Notes under the pieces: model-generated
Seen by the model: only the letters and a program-made list of their open reading frames with translations
What the model was told of the DNA's origin: nothing
The model's database searches: none
Source of the DNA: Vampirovibrionales bacterium
Lineage (GTDB): Bacteria > Cyanobacteriota > Vampirovibrionia > Vampirovibrionales > JAGQHJ01
Reading direction: 5' to 3'
DNA length: 64,000 nucleotides
Assembly (NCBI GenBank): GCA_025449835.1
Contig: JANWIO010000052.1
Span: forward strand, 183-64,182
Made by a program: the position numbers and the translations under genes
In this document: positions 39,634 to 49,514 of the stretch, piece after piece
How positions within the stretch are numbered: the stretch's first letter is position 1
Layout of the letters: every line of letters starts with the position of its first letter

Positions 39634-40434
39634 GTGCAAAACGCCAACCTATTAACCTCTAGCGAAGATTTAGCCCGAAAAATCAGGCGAGATGCTCTGA
39701 ATCAAATTTATACGGCTGGCTCAGGTCACCCAGGCGGAGCATTGTCTTGTGCCGATCTTCTTGCGGTCCTTTTTGGTGAAGTCTTAAATTATCAGAGCCC
39801 GCAGCAGGATCACTTTATCCTTTCCAAAGGACAATCCTCTGCGGCACTCTATGCTGCTTGGGCCCATACGGGTTTAATCCCCTTGGAAGACCTGAAAGGC
39901 TTTCGAAAACTCAACCACCACTTGCAAGGGCTTCCTCATGTGTTGCCAACCCCTTTGGCCGAAACAAGCACTGGCTCATTAGGACAAGGGTTTTCAGTAG
40001 CAGTTGGGATGGCTTTGGGCTATCGACATCAAAACAATCCATGCCGAATTGTTACAGTATTGGGAGACGGTGAGCTACAGGCCGGCATTGTTTGGGAAGC
40101 GGCAATGTGTGCTGCCCATTATCAACTTGGCCAACTTACAGCCATCATTGATTACAATAAGCTTCAAAGTGATTCATCCAACGATCAGGTGATTCAGCTT
40201 GAGCCCTTGGCTGATAAATGGCGTGCCTTTGGGTGGGAGGTTCGAGAAATTGATGGTCATAATCATGAGGCCATTCGTAACGCCTTAAACTATGCAGGAA
40301 GCAAACCGCTTGTGATTATTGCCCATACCATTAAGGGCAAAGGTGTGAGCTGGATGGAAAATATCCCGGCCTGGCATGGCAGCGTTACGTTAACCGATGA
40401 ACAAATTCAATCAGCATTGGAAGAACTCGCATGA
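39634..40434 (+). CDS. transketolase, N-terminal (ThDP-binding) subunit
   Basis: SGHPGGALS, STGSLGQG, GDGE...DYN, HTIKGKG. Confidence 0.88.
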   Translation: MQNANLLTSSEDLARKIRRDALNQIYTAGSGHPGGALSCADLLAVLFGEVLNYQSPQQDHFILSKGQSSAALYAAWAHTGLIPLEDLKGFRKLNHHLQGLPHVLPTPLAETSTGSLGQGFSVAVGMALGYRHQNNPCRIVTVLGDGELQAGIVWEAAMCAAHYQLGQLTAIIDYNKLQSDSSNDQVIQLEPLADKWRAFGWEVREIDGHNHEAIRNALNYAGSKPLVIIAHTIKGKGVSWMENIPAWHGSVTLTDEQIQSALEELA

Positions 40435-41399
40435 GCATACAACCCCAACTCGTTGGATACAGCAGTAATACCCTCAGAGAAGCCTTTGGTGAAGCCTTGG
40501 CAGGCTTAATGGCAGAATTTCCCAATGTGGTTGTCCTCGACGGTGATGTTGCAGGTGGAACTGGAACCCATCATGTTCGAACAAAGTATCCACACCGGTT
40601 TTACCAAATCGGTATCGCAGAACAAAACATGATGTGTATTGCCGCAGGGATGTCGCAATCCGGCTTACTTCCGGTTGCTTCAACATTTGCCGTATTTAGC
40701 TTAAGAGGCTTGGAAATGATTCGGCTTTCCATTGCCTGTGATAATCGCAACGTGAAGATTGTTTGTAGTCATCCTGGCCTGGACACCGGGCCTGATGGTG
40801 CATCTGCTCAATGCTTGGAGGATTTAGGAACCTTTATAGCGCTGCCCAATATGACGGTGGTGTCACCGACTGATCATATTGAAACGGCCCTGGCCACCCG
40901 AGCCATTATAGAACATGTGGGGCCTGTTTATATGCGAACCGGCCGAAGCCCAGCGCCTCGAATATTTGATAACACCCACAGATTTGAACTTGGCAAAGGA
41001 CAAATTATTCGGCAAGGAGACAATTTAACCATGGTGGGCTGTGGTGTTCAGGTTGCACGATGTCTGGCTGCTGCGGAATTACTCTCCAATGATGGGATTT
41101 CCGCCCGGGTTGTCAACATGGCAACATTAAAGCCCATTGATAAAGACTTACTCATTCAATGCGCTGTGGACACGGGGGCTATTCTTACTTCAGAAGATCA
41201 CAATCGCCTAAACGGGTTGGGTGCTCAGGTTGCTCGTGTCCTTTCAGAACATTACCCAGTCCCGATATTCTGCCATGGTGTGAACGATACTTTTGGAGAA
41301 TCAGGCGAACCACAAGAATTGGCTGAAAAATATCAGCTTAACCCATCGTATATCGCCGAACATGCAAGGCAATTATTGCAGCGTAAAGCAGGCCGTTAA
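40431..41399 (+). CDS. transketolase, C-terminal subunit
   Basis: GIAEQNM, STFAVF, GPDGASAQ, TLKPID, FGESG. Confidence 0.88.
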   Translation: MSIQPQLVGYSSNTLREAFGEALAGLMAEFPNVVVLDGDVAGGTGTHHVRTKYPHRFYQIGIAEQNMMCIAAGMSQSGLLPVASTFAVFSLRGLEMIRLSIACDNRNVKIVCSHPGLDTGPDGASAQCLEDLGTFIALPNMTVVSPTDHIETALATRAIIEHVGPVYMRTGRSPAPRIFDNTHRFELGKGQIIRQGDNLTMVGCGVQVARCLAAAELLSNDGISARVVNMATLKPIDKDLLIQCAVDTGAILTSEDHNRLNGLGAQVARVLSEHYPVPIFCHGVNDTFGESGEPQELAEKYQLNPSYIAEHARQLLQRKAGR

Positions 41400-41429
41400 A
41401 GATTCGTTCAAAAGCGCTCACATCGTTTT

Positions 41430-43451
41430 TTAGCAATTTTGCAATTGAACCTTTAATTTTTTATCTTTTGTAGTTTGCGTTGGCTCTTCTTTTTTATGGG
41501 CTGGAAAATCTTTAAACACTGGGTCTAATGTATTAATAAGCCCTTTGGCACCTTTTTGAACGGCTTTGTATAATAGCTTGGTCCCTTCAAGATTCTCTTT
41601 TAATGCCTCAATATCACCTTCTAGAGATTCTGTATCTTCTAAAATCATTTTGCGACCATAATCTTTTGTAAACTTAAACATATCTCTGCGAATATAGCAG
41701 TTAATTAAAGCATTTTTTGCTGTAAGTGCCACGAGTTCCTGATCCAATTCTGACATTTTTTGTAAGCGCTCGCCAAGAGGTATGCTGAAAGCCTCGTCTT
41801 TCTTCAATTCTTTGAGCGCTTTTTTAACTTCTTTCAAGCCTTTCTCTGCAAGCACAAGGAGGGTATCTAAATCTTGACGATCTTGATTATATTGATCATA
41901 AACTTTTTGGTAAGTTTCAGAATAAGGCTTCTCAACCACGTAACGTTCATTTAGCAAAGCTTCCAACGCCGCCTTTGGATGAGATTCAGAAACAGCATAT
42001 TTTTCAACCGCTTCTGAGAAGGGAAGGTGTTCATACCCCTCAATATATGCCCCACCCTCAGAGCAATTCACCAAGTTAAACTCAGAGCGATTGCGTTTAA
42101 TCGTCTCAAACGCTTTTCGGAAAGCATCGTACGCAATATCCGTTTCCAGTTTTTCACCATGCCATCCCTTGATTTCAGTTAATCGACCCCAAAACTGCTT
42201 TTTCTTCCGTTCAAGCTCTTCATCATCTTTAAAAAAGACACCATAAAATTCGTCGAGATTTTCCCATTCCAATTGCTTATCACCGTTCTCATCCGTATAA
42301 AAGCGTTTTCCTGCATATACAGAATTTTGGGCGTACATTTTGCCTTCCGGATAGGCCAAATCTTGACCCAATAGAAATATGGGATTACATCCCATTTTCA
42401 TTAAATGGATCAAGGCTGTTATTGAAACCGTTCCATGATGGTTGTAACCAAAAAGGGACTTATCCCAAGCCGCAGATAACCAATGGGTAAGAGGATCTTG
42501 GCTCGCATACGAAATTAATATACGTTTTGCGGGATACTCAAAAACATCTTGATATGTTTGGGGAAGAACGACGAAATTCGTATCGGGAATAAAAGAAACA
42601 TTTTCGAGTTGATGCGTAATATTTTGAACTTCGATGAGATTCACAAAATCAGGCGTAATCTGAGCCTTATCTAAAGCTTTTGCGGCTTGCCCCACACAAG
42701 CAATAACCATGTTGTCTTGATATTTTTTAAGTGTCTCAAGGACACCGGGTCTATCCAAAGAAGGTCCCGCCGAAACCACAACACCTGGAACATTTTTACA
42801 ATGATCATGCAAAAACATCGCATCCGGATATTGGATAAAAACCGGCAAGTTCTCTAAAGAGCTTCGAGTAAAGGATTCCATCATGACTAACGCTGTGTTT
42901 TGAGAAATAATATTGGAATGAAGACCCGATTTAATCTCATCTAACACATTAAGGTACATTTCGGCTTCTTTTTCTTCATACGCAGGCAGCGCTGTTATGC
43001 GTAGGTTATCACCCATTAAATATTGTTGAGACAGAATTAAGGGAATTTGCTCTAAAGACGTCACAATGGAAATTCGTTTGGAGGCAAATTCTTGTGAAAA
43101 ATCAATCACCTCTAAGGTTTGCCGAATCACCTCTAAGTAAGGCTCATAAATAATCATTTGAACTTCAGAACTAACGTAGGCCCGGCGAAGCAAATACCCC
43201 ACTCCCAAGCCAAATATAAATATAATACTGTCCTGATCTCTGGAATCCTCGGGCATAGTTGCATCAAAAACTTCTTTGGCTTCTCCAATGGGATCCGCCA
43301 TACGGTGAAGCGCAATTTCCTCATAAGCCAAGTTAATATCCCCGTTTGGCCCCACAAATAATTGCGTCTTGCCCGAAAGTGTTATTTCTTCAACTTGCTT
43401 TGCAAGTGCTGGTTGAAGTTTTCTTAATGCCGCTAGATTCTTCTCTAACAT
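41430..43451 (-). CDS. motility-associated factor (Maf)-type flagellin glycosyltransferase
   Basis: FGLGVGY, YEP, VSAGPSLD, PDF, GTVS, IFLLGQDLAY, NCSEGGAYIEG (MAF_flag10/DUF115 pattern). Confidence 0.85.
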   Translation of the reverse strand: MLEKNLAALRKLQPALAKQVEEITLSGKTQLFVGPNGDINLAYEEIALHRMADPIGEAKEVFDATMPEDSRDQDSIIFIFGLGVGYLLRRAYVSSEVQMIIYEPYLEVIRQTLEVIDFSQEFASKRISIVTSLEQIPLILSQQYLMGDNLRITALPAYEEKEAEMYLNVLDEIKSGLHSNIISQNTALVMMESFTRSSLENLPVFIQYPDAMFLHDHCKNVPGVVVSAGPSLDRPGVLETLKKYQDNMVIACVGQAAKALDKAQITPDFVNLIEVQNITHQLENVSFIPDTNFVVLPQTYQDVFEYPAKRILISYASQDPLTHWLSAAWDKSLFGYNHHGTVSITALIHLMKMGCNPIFLLGQDLAYPEGKMYAQNSVYAGKRFYTDENGDKQLEWENLDEFYGVFFKDDEELERKKKQFWGRLTEIKGWHGEKLETDIAYDAFRKAFETIKRNRSEFNLVNCSEGGAYIEGYEHLPFSEAVEKYAVSESHPKAALEALLNERYVVEKPYSETYQKVYDQYNQDRQDLDTLLVLAEKGLKEVKKALKELKKDEAFSIPLGERLQKMSELDQELVALTAKNALINCYIRRDMFKFTKDYGRKMILEDTESLEGDIEALKENLEGTKLLYKAVQKGAKGLINTLDPVFKDFPAHKKEEPTQTTKDKKLKVQLQNC

Positions 43452-43611
43452 GAACGCTCAATTCCTCTCTCATCCATTGGAATATTAAACCATCGAAGAT
43501 CCCTCCCTAATTCAGGTTAAGGCTTTATGGATCAAATTGCCTCATCCACTAAATGGAGATTATAGGCTGTAAATCGTCTCTGGTGTTTTAGCCCCAAATC
43601 AATGCATATTC

Positions 43612-44850
43612 TCAAACCAGTGTTTTATCGGGTTGCACATTAATTTTCACACAGGCCAATGCATCTTGGACTCTAATTAAAGCTTCTTCCCGATTTTCAC
43701 CCCCCACCATCACATATCCAAACCTATCGGGATGAGACCGGATTTGAGGCTGTTGCTCTCCTTTTTGTCGAAAAAACCCATATCGAACCAAGCCAGGGGT
43801 TTGTTTTAAGGCATCCTCCCCACTAACAGATTCTACAATTCCAGGCTCAGGAAACCAGTACCGACTTGAAGCAGCACGATGGAATAAAGGCGTTAAGCTT
43901 TCGGGTAAAATTTTCTCTCCTAAGGCTGATGAAATGACCACATTCACCAAATCAACACCGGTTGCTGTGGGAATAAGGTGTGTTGCCAACCACCCACCCG
44001 ACAAACGGGCAGCAAGCTCAATAATCATGGGTTTTCCATCAGGATTAATCACTAAATCGCCTTTAATAATGCCGCTTTGAATCCCCATAGCAGCAGCGCC
44101 TTTCAGAAGCAATGTATCGATTTCCTGGCATTGATCACCCGAAATGGGAGCTGGAATCGTACCACCATCTTCAATCACGTAGGGTGCAAATTGTTTGAGC
44201 CTATCGTAATGACGTTCGGCAATACCTGGCGTGTAACAGCGACTATCTAAAATATAGGATTCCGTGGAGAGTTGAAGCCCCGGAATAAATTCCTCAATCA
44301 TGACAATTCCCGAATCACCCCAACGCTGCGACTCTTGAAATGCCCACGCTAAATCCACTTCTGGAGACAGCAGAAGAACCCCTCTGGCCCCGCGCCCATC
44401 GATGGGCTTTAACACAAAGCGCTTATGGGGAGATTGGTTCACGATCTCCATCAGTTGGGCTTCGTTTTTGACTTCCTGAAACCAAGGACAAGCAACCCCA
44501 TGAGATACAAAACTGGTTTTCATCAACAGCTTATTGCTGGCTAACCGGGCTGATTCGAGTGAAATTCCCGGTAATCCCAAAGCATTTGCAACAGACGCCA
44601 CCGTAAAAGGGACATCATTGGCAATGGTCATCACCCCATGAATTGGGTGTTGCTGATGATATTTTGCCACCACTGCAACGGTTTCGTCTGCATTTCGGGT
44701 CGAAGCAATGAGAATATCATCGGCATACTCAAAAGCAGGTGCTTGTGGATTCATATCAGACCCCACCACATGCAATCCCCTAGCTTTCGCTTTTTGATAA
44801 GCTGGAATTTGCTCTATTCCAGCCCCAATAATCAATAACGTCTTAGTCAA
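43612..44850 (-). CDS. ATP-grasp domain protein
   Basis: IIGAGIEQ, NKLLMK, LKPIDGRGARGV, EEFIPG, IELAARLSGG. Confidence 0.88.
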   Translation of the reverse strand: MTKTLLIIGAGIEQIPAYQKAKARGLHVVGSDMNPQAPAFEYADDILIASTRNADETVAVVAKYHQQHPIHGVMTIANDVPFTVASVANALGLPGISLESARLASNKLLMKTSFVSHGVACPWFQEVKNEAQLMEIVNQSPHKRFVLKPIDGRGARGVLLLSPEVDLAWAFQESQRWGDSGIVMIEEFIPGLQLSTESYILDSRCYTPGIAERHYDRLKQFAPYVIEDGGTIPAPISGDQCQEIDTLLLKGAAAMGIQSGIIKGDLVINPDGKPMIIELAARLSGGWLATHLIPTATGVDLVNVVISSALGEKILPESLTPLFHRAASSRYWFPEPGIVESVSGEDALKQTPGLVRYGFFRQKGEQQPQIRSHPDRFGYVMVGGENREEALIRVQDALACVKINVQPDKTLV

Positions 44851-45583
44851 AATACATCCCCCCGTTCAAATTAAGGGTTTGTCCTGTGACATAAGCCGCT
44901 TCAGGAGAAGCCAGGTAAAGAACCCCTGCACCAACTTCGGTGGGGTACCCGAGACGCCCCATCGGAATAGTTTTCACTTTTTCTTGCCCAGCCGAACTGG
45001 CCAATTCAGCAGTAACCATATCGGTTTCCACCAGCCCTGGCGAAATAGCGTTAGTTGTAACACCTTGACTGGAGTAGAGCTTGGCCATAGACCGGGTTAA
45101 ATTAATTAATGCGGCTTTAGACGCTGCATAATGAACCTGATTCATCCCGCCCCATTGCCCTCCAATGGAACTCATATTAATAATTCTGCCAAACCCATCC
45201 TGAATCATTTCTGGCAGGGCTTCTCGAATACAACGAACAGCTCCTAACAAATTCACCGAGAGCATTTTTTCCCAGTCAGCATCTGTAATTTCAAGAAAGG
45301 GCTTTTCCTGAGCCATAGCGGCATTATTCACCAGGATAGAAACCGGCCCCCAATGATTTTTAATGGTTTCAAAAGCGGCTTGCACGGAACGACTATCGGA
45401 AATATCCACTTGAACCGTCATGGCATTTTCATGGCCTTCGGCGATTTTTTGAGCCCGTTCTTCTTCGACTCGATATCCAATCGCTACAAAATACCCTGCC
45501 TGAAGCAGTACCTGGCAAATCCCAACGCCTATTCCCCGGCTTCCCCCGGTGACAAAAGCAACGCGTCTCTTTTGTTCCATCAT
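44843..45583 (-). CDS. short-chain dehydrogenase/reductase (FabG-like)
   Basis: TGGSRGIG, NNA, YAASK. Confidence 0.9.
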   Translation of the reverse strand: MMEQKRRVAFVTGGSRGIGVGICQVLLQAGYFVAIGYRVEEERAQKIAEGHENAMTVQVDISDSRSVQAAFETIKNHWGPVSILVNNAAMAQEKPFLEITDADWEKMLSVNLLGAVRCIREALPEMIQDGFGRIINMSSIGGQWGGMNQVHYAASKAALINLTRSMAKLYSSQGVTTNAISPGLVETDMVTAELASSAGQEKVKTIPMGRLGYPTEVGAGVLYLASPEAAYVTGQTLNLNGGMYFD

Positions 45584-45682
45584 AAGCCCATCATAACTTA
45601 ATACTTGTGGTTAGTAGCATAATGGATGAACCCAAAAGGGACAACCTGAAAATAAAGGATTTTACAGGAGAATAAATGAGGA

Positions 45683-45892
45683 TTATGACCTACCAGAGGT
45701 GGCGTAATAGCTGCCTTCAATCCACAGTTTACCGTCTTCCAGCTCGGTTTTTACAATTGCCCACTGCAAAACACGGGCATTTTGGGGTAAAAACTGCTGA
45801 ATTTGAGACGTAACAGTTTCCAAAGATGGTGGCATGGTCTCTGTTGTGATGTTACAGTGAAATGTCCTAATCGCAGAATCTTCTAAAGACAT
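45683..45892 (-). CDS. small hypothetical protein
   Basis: Starts 2 nt after the glmS stop; VLQWAIV motif reminiscent of small conserved cyanobacterial proteins (from memory). Confidence 0.55.
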   Translation of the reverse strand: MSLEDSAIRTFHCNITTETMPPSLETVTSQIQQFLPQNARVLQWAIVKTELEDGKLWIEGSYYATSGRS

Positions 45893-45894
45893 GT

Positions 45895-47745
45895 TTATTC
45901 AACCGTGACACTTTTGGCCAAGTTTCTGGGCTGATCAACATCTTTGCCAAGGTATTCTGCAATGTGATAGGCCAACAACTGCAGCGGGATCACGGTTAAA
46001 ATGGGTGACAACATTTCTTCCAGCTGTGGAATAAACACAGCATCCTCAAATGTATCCCGTACATCCTCAGGCATGGGGCCACTATTGACTGCAATGACTT
46101 GGGCATCCCGAGCCTTGGCTTCCTGGCAGTTGGAAATCATTTTATCGTAGACAATCCCATCGGTTAAAATGGCAATAACCGGAATAGAAGGATCCAACAT
46201 GGCAATGGGGCCGTGTTTGAGTTCACTGGCCGAATACCCTTCCGCATGGATATAACTGATTTCTTTTAATTTTAGAGCCCCTTCTAGGGCAACAGGATAG
46301 TTAATGCCACGGGCAATAAAGATCAAATCACGGACGTTCCCGTATTTTTTGGCCAAAGTTTGAATTTCTTCGGAGGTGTGCAGAACGTTTTCCACAAGAA
46401 CCGGTAGGCGTTGCAATCCTACTTTTAAGGATTTCAGAAGCTCCGGTGAAGATTGTTGGCGACGTTCGGCCAAATAAATTCCCAAAAGATACAACACCGT
46501 TACCTGGGCTGCAAAACTTTTGGTTGCGCAAACACTCACTTCAATTCCAGCCCGAACGGGAAGTACAAAATGAGATTCTCTGGCAATGGTTGAATCTTCT
46601 CGGTTGGTAATGGCCAACACTTTGGCACCTTTGTTCACGCATTGCCGAAGGGCCGTAATGGTATCCGCGGTTTCACCCGACTGCGAGATCCCAATAACCA
46701 GGGTTTTTTCATCCACCAGCGGATTTCGATACCGAAACTCCCCAGCAGCTTCCACTTCTACAGGAATTCGGACCAACTCTTCAATAAAATATCGTCCGAC
46801 CAAGCCAGCATTATAAGATGTGCCGCAAGCTACCACATAAACCCGTTCAATTTCGTTTATTTTGGCGTCAGCCGCCTCATCAAAGAGCTGAATGGGTTCT
46901 TCAGGACTCAAAAGGCGCATGCTTAAGGAATTTCTCAGCACATCGGGCTGCTCATAAATTTCCTTCAGCATAAAGTGTTTAAATCCTTTTTTATCAACCG
47001 CCAAGTTACCGGTGCTAATCTTCTCAACAAGGGGTTCAACCGGTTGACCATTAAAATTAATAACTTTAACGCCTTCGGGTGACAACTCAACGATTTCTTC
47101 ATTTTGTAGATAGGAAACCTGGTTGGTATGCTCTACCAAAGCAACCACATCGCTTCCTAAAAACAGCTCATCATCACCAATTCCCACAACAAGAGGTGCA
47201 TGATTACGAACACCATAGAGTTTATCAGGATGTCGTTTATCAATAATCACCAAGGCATAGGCTCCCACGAGACGTCGGGTGACTTGCTGTAGAACTTTTA
47301 AGAAATCCGTTTCGGTTTTGGCCAAGTCTTCAATTAAGTGCACGACACATTCCGTATCGGTCTTCGAATGAAAAATATGGCCTTTGCGAGTAAGCTCTTC
47401 TCGAAGCTCCCCAAAGTTTTCAACAATTCCATTATGTATTAATGCGATATTGCCATCACAGCTTACATGCGGATGGGGGGTCTCATCATTGGGTGCGCCA
47501 TGGGTTGCCCACCGAGTGTGGCCAATCCCCAAATGGCGGCTATGGCCATTTTTTTGAAACAACTCCACAGGAAGTCGACTTCGTAAATTATTGAGCTTCC
47601 CGGAAGCTTTATAAACATTGAGACAATCTTGTTCTAAAAAGGCAACGCCTGCAGAGTCATAACCTCGATATTCTAATGTTTGAAGACTTTCTAAAATAAC
47701 AGGAACAACGGATTTTTTGCCGAGATAGCCCACAATACCGCACAT
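45895..47745 (-). CDS. glmS: glutamine--fructose-6-phosphate transaminase (isomerizing)
   Basis: MCGIVG, GHTRWATHG, SQSGETAD, PRNLAKSVTVE. Confidence 0.98.
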   Translation of the reverse strand: MCGIVGYLGKKSVVPVILESLQTLEYRGYDSAGVAFLEQDCLNVYKASGKLNNLRSRLPVELFQKNGHSRHLGIGHTRWATHGAPNDETPHPHVSCDGNIALIHNGIVENFGELREELTRKGHIFHSKTDTECVVHLIEDLAKTETDFLKVLQQVTRRLVGAYALVIIDKRHPDKLYGVRNHAPLVVGIGDDELFLGSDVVALVEHTNQVSYLQNEEIVELSPEGVKVINFNGQPVEPLVEKISTGNLAVDKKGFKHFMLKEIYEQPDVLRNSLSMRLLSPEEPIQLFDEAADAKINEIERVYVVACGTSYNAGLVGRYFIEELVRIPVEVEAAGEFRYRNPLVDEKTLVIGISQSGETADTITALRQCVNKGAKVLAITNREDSTIARESHFVLPVRAGIEVSVCATKSFAAQVTVLYLLGIYLAERRQQSSPELLKSLKVGLQRLPVLVENVLHTSEEIQTLAKKYGNVRDLIFIARGINYPVALEGALKLKEISYIHAEGYSASELKHGPIAMLDPSIPVIAILTDGIVYDKMISNCQEAKARDAQVIAVNSGPMPEDVRDTFEDAVFIPQLEEMLSPILTVIPLQLLAYHIAEYLGKDVDQPRNLAKSVTVE

Positions 47746-47898
47746 AACACACCTTTATTTTCTTTATAGCTGAGGGAACGGTTATATACTATTATCGTGA
47801 AAGTGACTATCCTTTGCAATCCCAAACTTACTAAAGTATTTGTTAAGACAAAATGGGGCAATTCGCCAATTTGGTAATCCTTTAATAGTGTAACTTTT

Positions 47899-49284
47899 TT
47901 AAGTATAAGCAAAGGTTGCATCAATGCGGATTTGGCTCAAAAGCTGCGTCAATTGGATAATTTCTATCTCTTCAAGATGATTAACCACATCGAGCAAGCG
48001 ATCTTGCAGGTTCAGTGGGATATACTGACGGGTTAATTTTTTAAATTTCTGAACAACGGCCTCTTGCGACATCGGATTTTTGTAAAACCCTTCATAATCC
48101 ATCTTCTGCAAGAATAAAGATTTCCCGTCCTGCAACTGAATATTTAAACTACACGGCATCGTCTCCGGAAATTGGGCACTCATTTTTTCCGAGGGGCGAA
48201 TCGTCACCTTTTGCAGCAACTCCTGAACATCGGGGCGTAAAATACGACTGATCATAAATTGCTCCGGCATCACTTCACCATCGAGTAACGCCACTGCAAT
48301 TAAATACGGTAAGCTGTGATCCGCTTCTTCTTTGGTCTGAACGTTATTTTTAGCCCCTTCTTCACCGCCGCCAATGATGTTATATGCCACATCAAAGATA
48401 TCCACCTCAATGCTCACAATATCATGGGGTTGAATCTCATACTGTTCCCTCAGTTCGAGGATTCCTTCCAAGGCTGATTGAGAATGAATTTCGGCATTAT
48501 ATTTTTTCAGGCTGGTTTGAGGTATCTTATCGAGCTTTTCATGGGCCCAATCAATTTCAAACGGCTTAGCAATACTTTCCATAAAGCCTTTACTGCCTTC
48601 AAAAACTTCCAGTGGCCCTGTAATACCGTAACTTGCCAAAAGCGTTGCATGGGTTGCACCAAAAGCTGTATTGGGATAAGCCAGTCCCTTCCAGTTAGAC
48701 AAAGCCCCTGTCCGCGTCACACGTAATGCATTATACGCCGTACCACTAATGGCAAGGGCATTTGCTATTTGCTCCGGCCTTAAACCCAATGCTTTTGAAA
48801 CACCCGCAGCAACTGCATAGGAACCTTGAGTCGTATGGTCAAATCCTTTATCTCTCACCGGGGCTTCATCACTTAACCGACACTGTACCTGATAGGCAAC
48901 CGCCAGGGCTACACAAAAATCGCGCCCACTTCGATTTGCAAACTCTGAAGCCGCTAGAACAGCACCAATGTTATCACTGGGATGGCAGGTTTCCTGTTTG
49001 GCTAGATAACTATCATTAAAATCTAAATACCGAACAAGGGCGCTATTGTAAAAAGCAGCCCTATCAATGGCAGCTTTTCCATTTCCCATTAAAGTACAGG
49101 CGTCAGAATGTCCCAAATTATCAATCATTTTATGAACAATCCGCATGGGAGGAGCGCTTAAAGCGCCAATGGCACACCCTAAGGCGTCAATAACCCGTAA
49201 TTTTATCTGTTCAACAACCTCGGGCGATAAATCTTCAAAAGAGGCCCTGTCTACAAAATCAGCAAGCTGCTCTACAATCTTCAT
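47899..49284 (-). CDS. prpD: MmgE/PrpD family protein (2-methylcitrate dehydratase-like)
   Basis: RYLDFND, HPSDN, GFDH, WKG, ADHSLPY; start re-called at MKIVEQ after GAGG. Confidence 0.85.
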   Translation of the reverse strand: MKIVEQLADFVDRASFEDLSPEVVEQIKLRVIDALGCAIGALSAPPMRIVHKMIDNLGHSDACTLMGNGKAAIDRAAFYNSALVRYLDFNDSYLAKQETCHPSDNIGAVLAASEFANRSGRDFCVALAVAYQVQCRLSDEAPVRDKGFDHTTQGSYAVAAGVSKALGLRPEQIANALAISGTAYNALRVTRTGALSNWKGLAYPNTAFGATHATLLASYGITGPLEVFEGSKGFMESIAKPFEIDWAHEKLDKIPQTSLKKYNAEIHSQSALEGILELREQYEIQPHDIVSIEVDIFDVAYNIIGGGEEGAKNNVQTKEEADHSLPYLIAVALLDGEVMPEQFMISRILRPDVQELLQKVTIRPSEKMSAQFPETMPCSLNIQLQDGKSLFLQKMDYEGFYKNPMSQEAVVQKFKKLTRQYIPLNLQDRLLDVVNHLEEIEIIQLTQLLSQIRIDATFAYT

Positions 49285-49514
49285 CCGGAAACACCTCATT
49301 GAGACAGTGATAGATCTTCTATTATGACCCTTGCATCGAGAGAAAAAGCTATTACCGGCCCGGATACTTTTTGTTCCGATGGCTTCACCACCCACTCTCC
49401 CGTTTTTACAACCTTGTTGCCTTAGCAACATGTGAAGCCCCATGATTCATGGTTTCTTTGTGCTACAATTCCAACAGATTTCGCCTCGAATCGCCAATCG
49501 AAGGATGTGTCCCC

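Noticed and set aside
47746..47898. glmS ribozyme or sigma-28 promoter upstream of glmS
   Set aside because: Short AT-rich spacer with no recognisable ribozyme core; the CACGATAA element lacks a correctly spaced TAAA. An Rfam search would settle the ribozyme question.
49285..49514. Long N-terminal extensions of prpD and hemE in the ORF track
   Set aside because: Downstream ATGs with RBS-like sequences match family starts; the region is more likely a divergent promoter.
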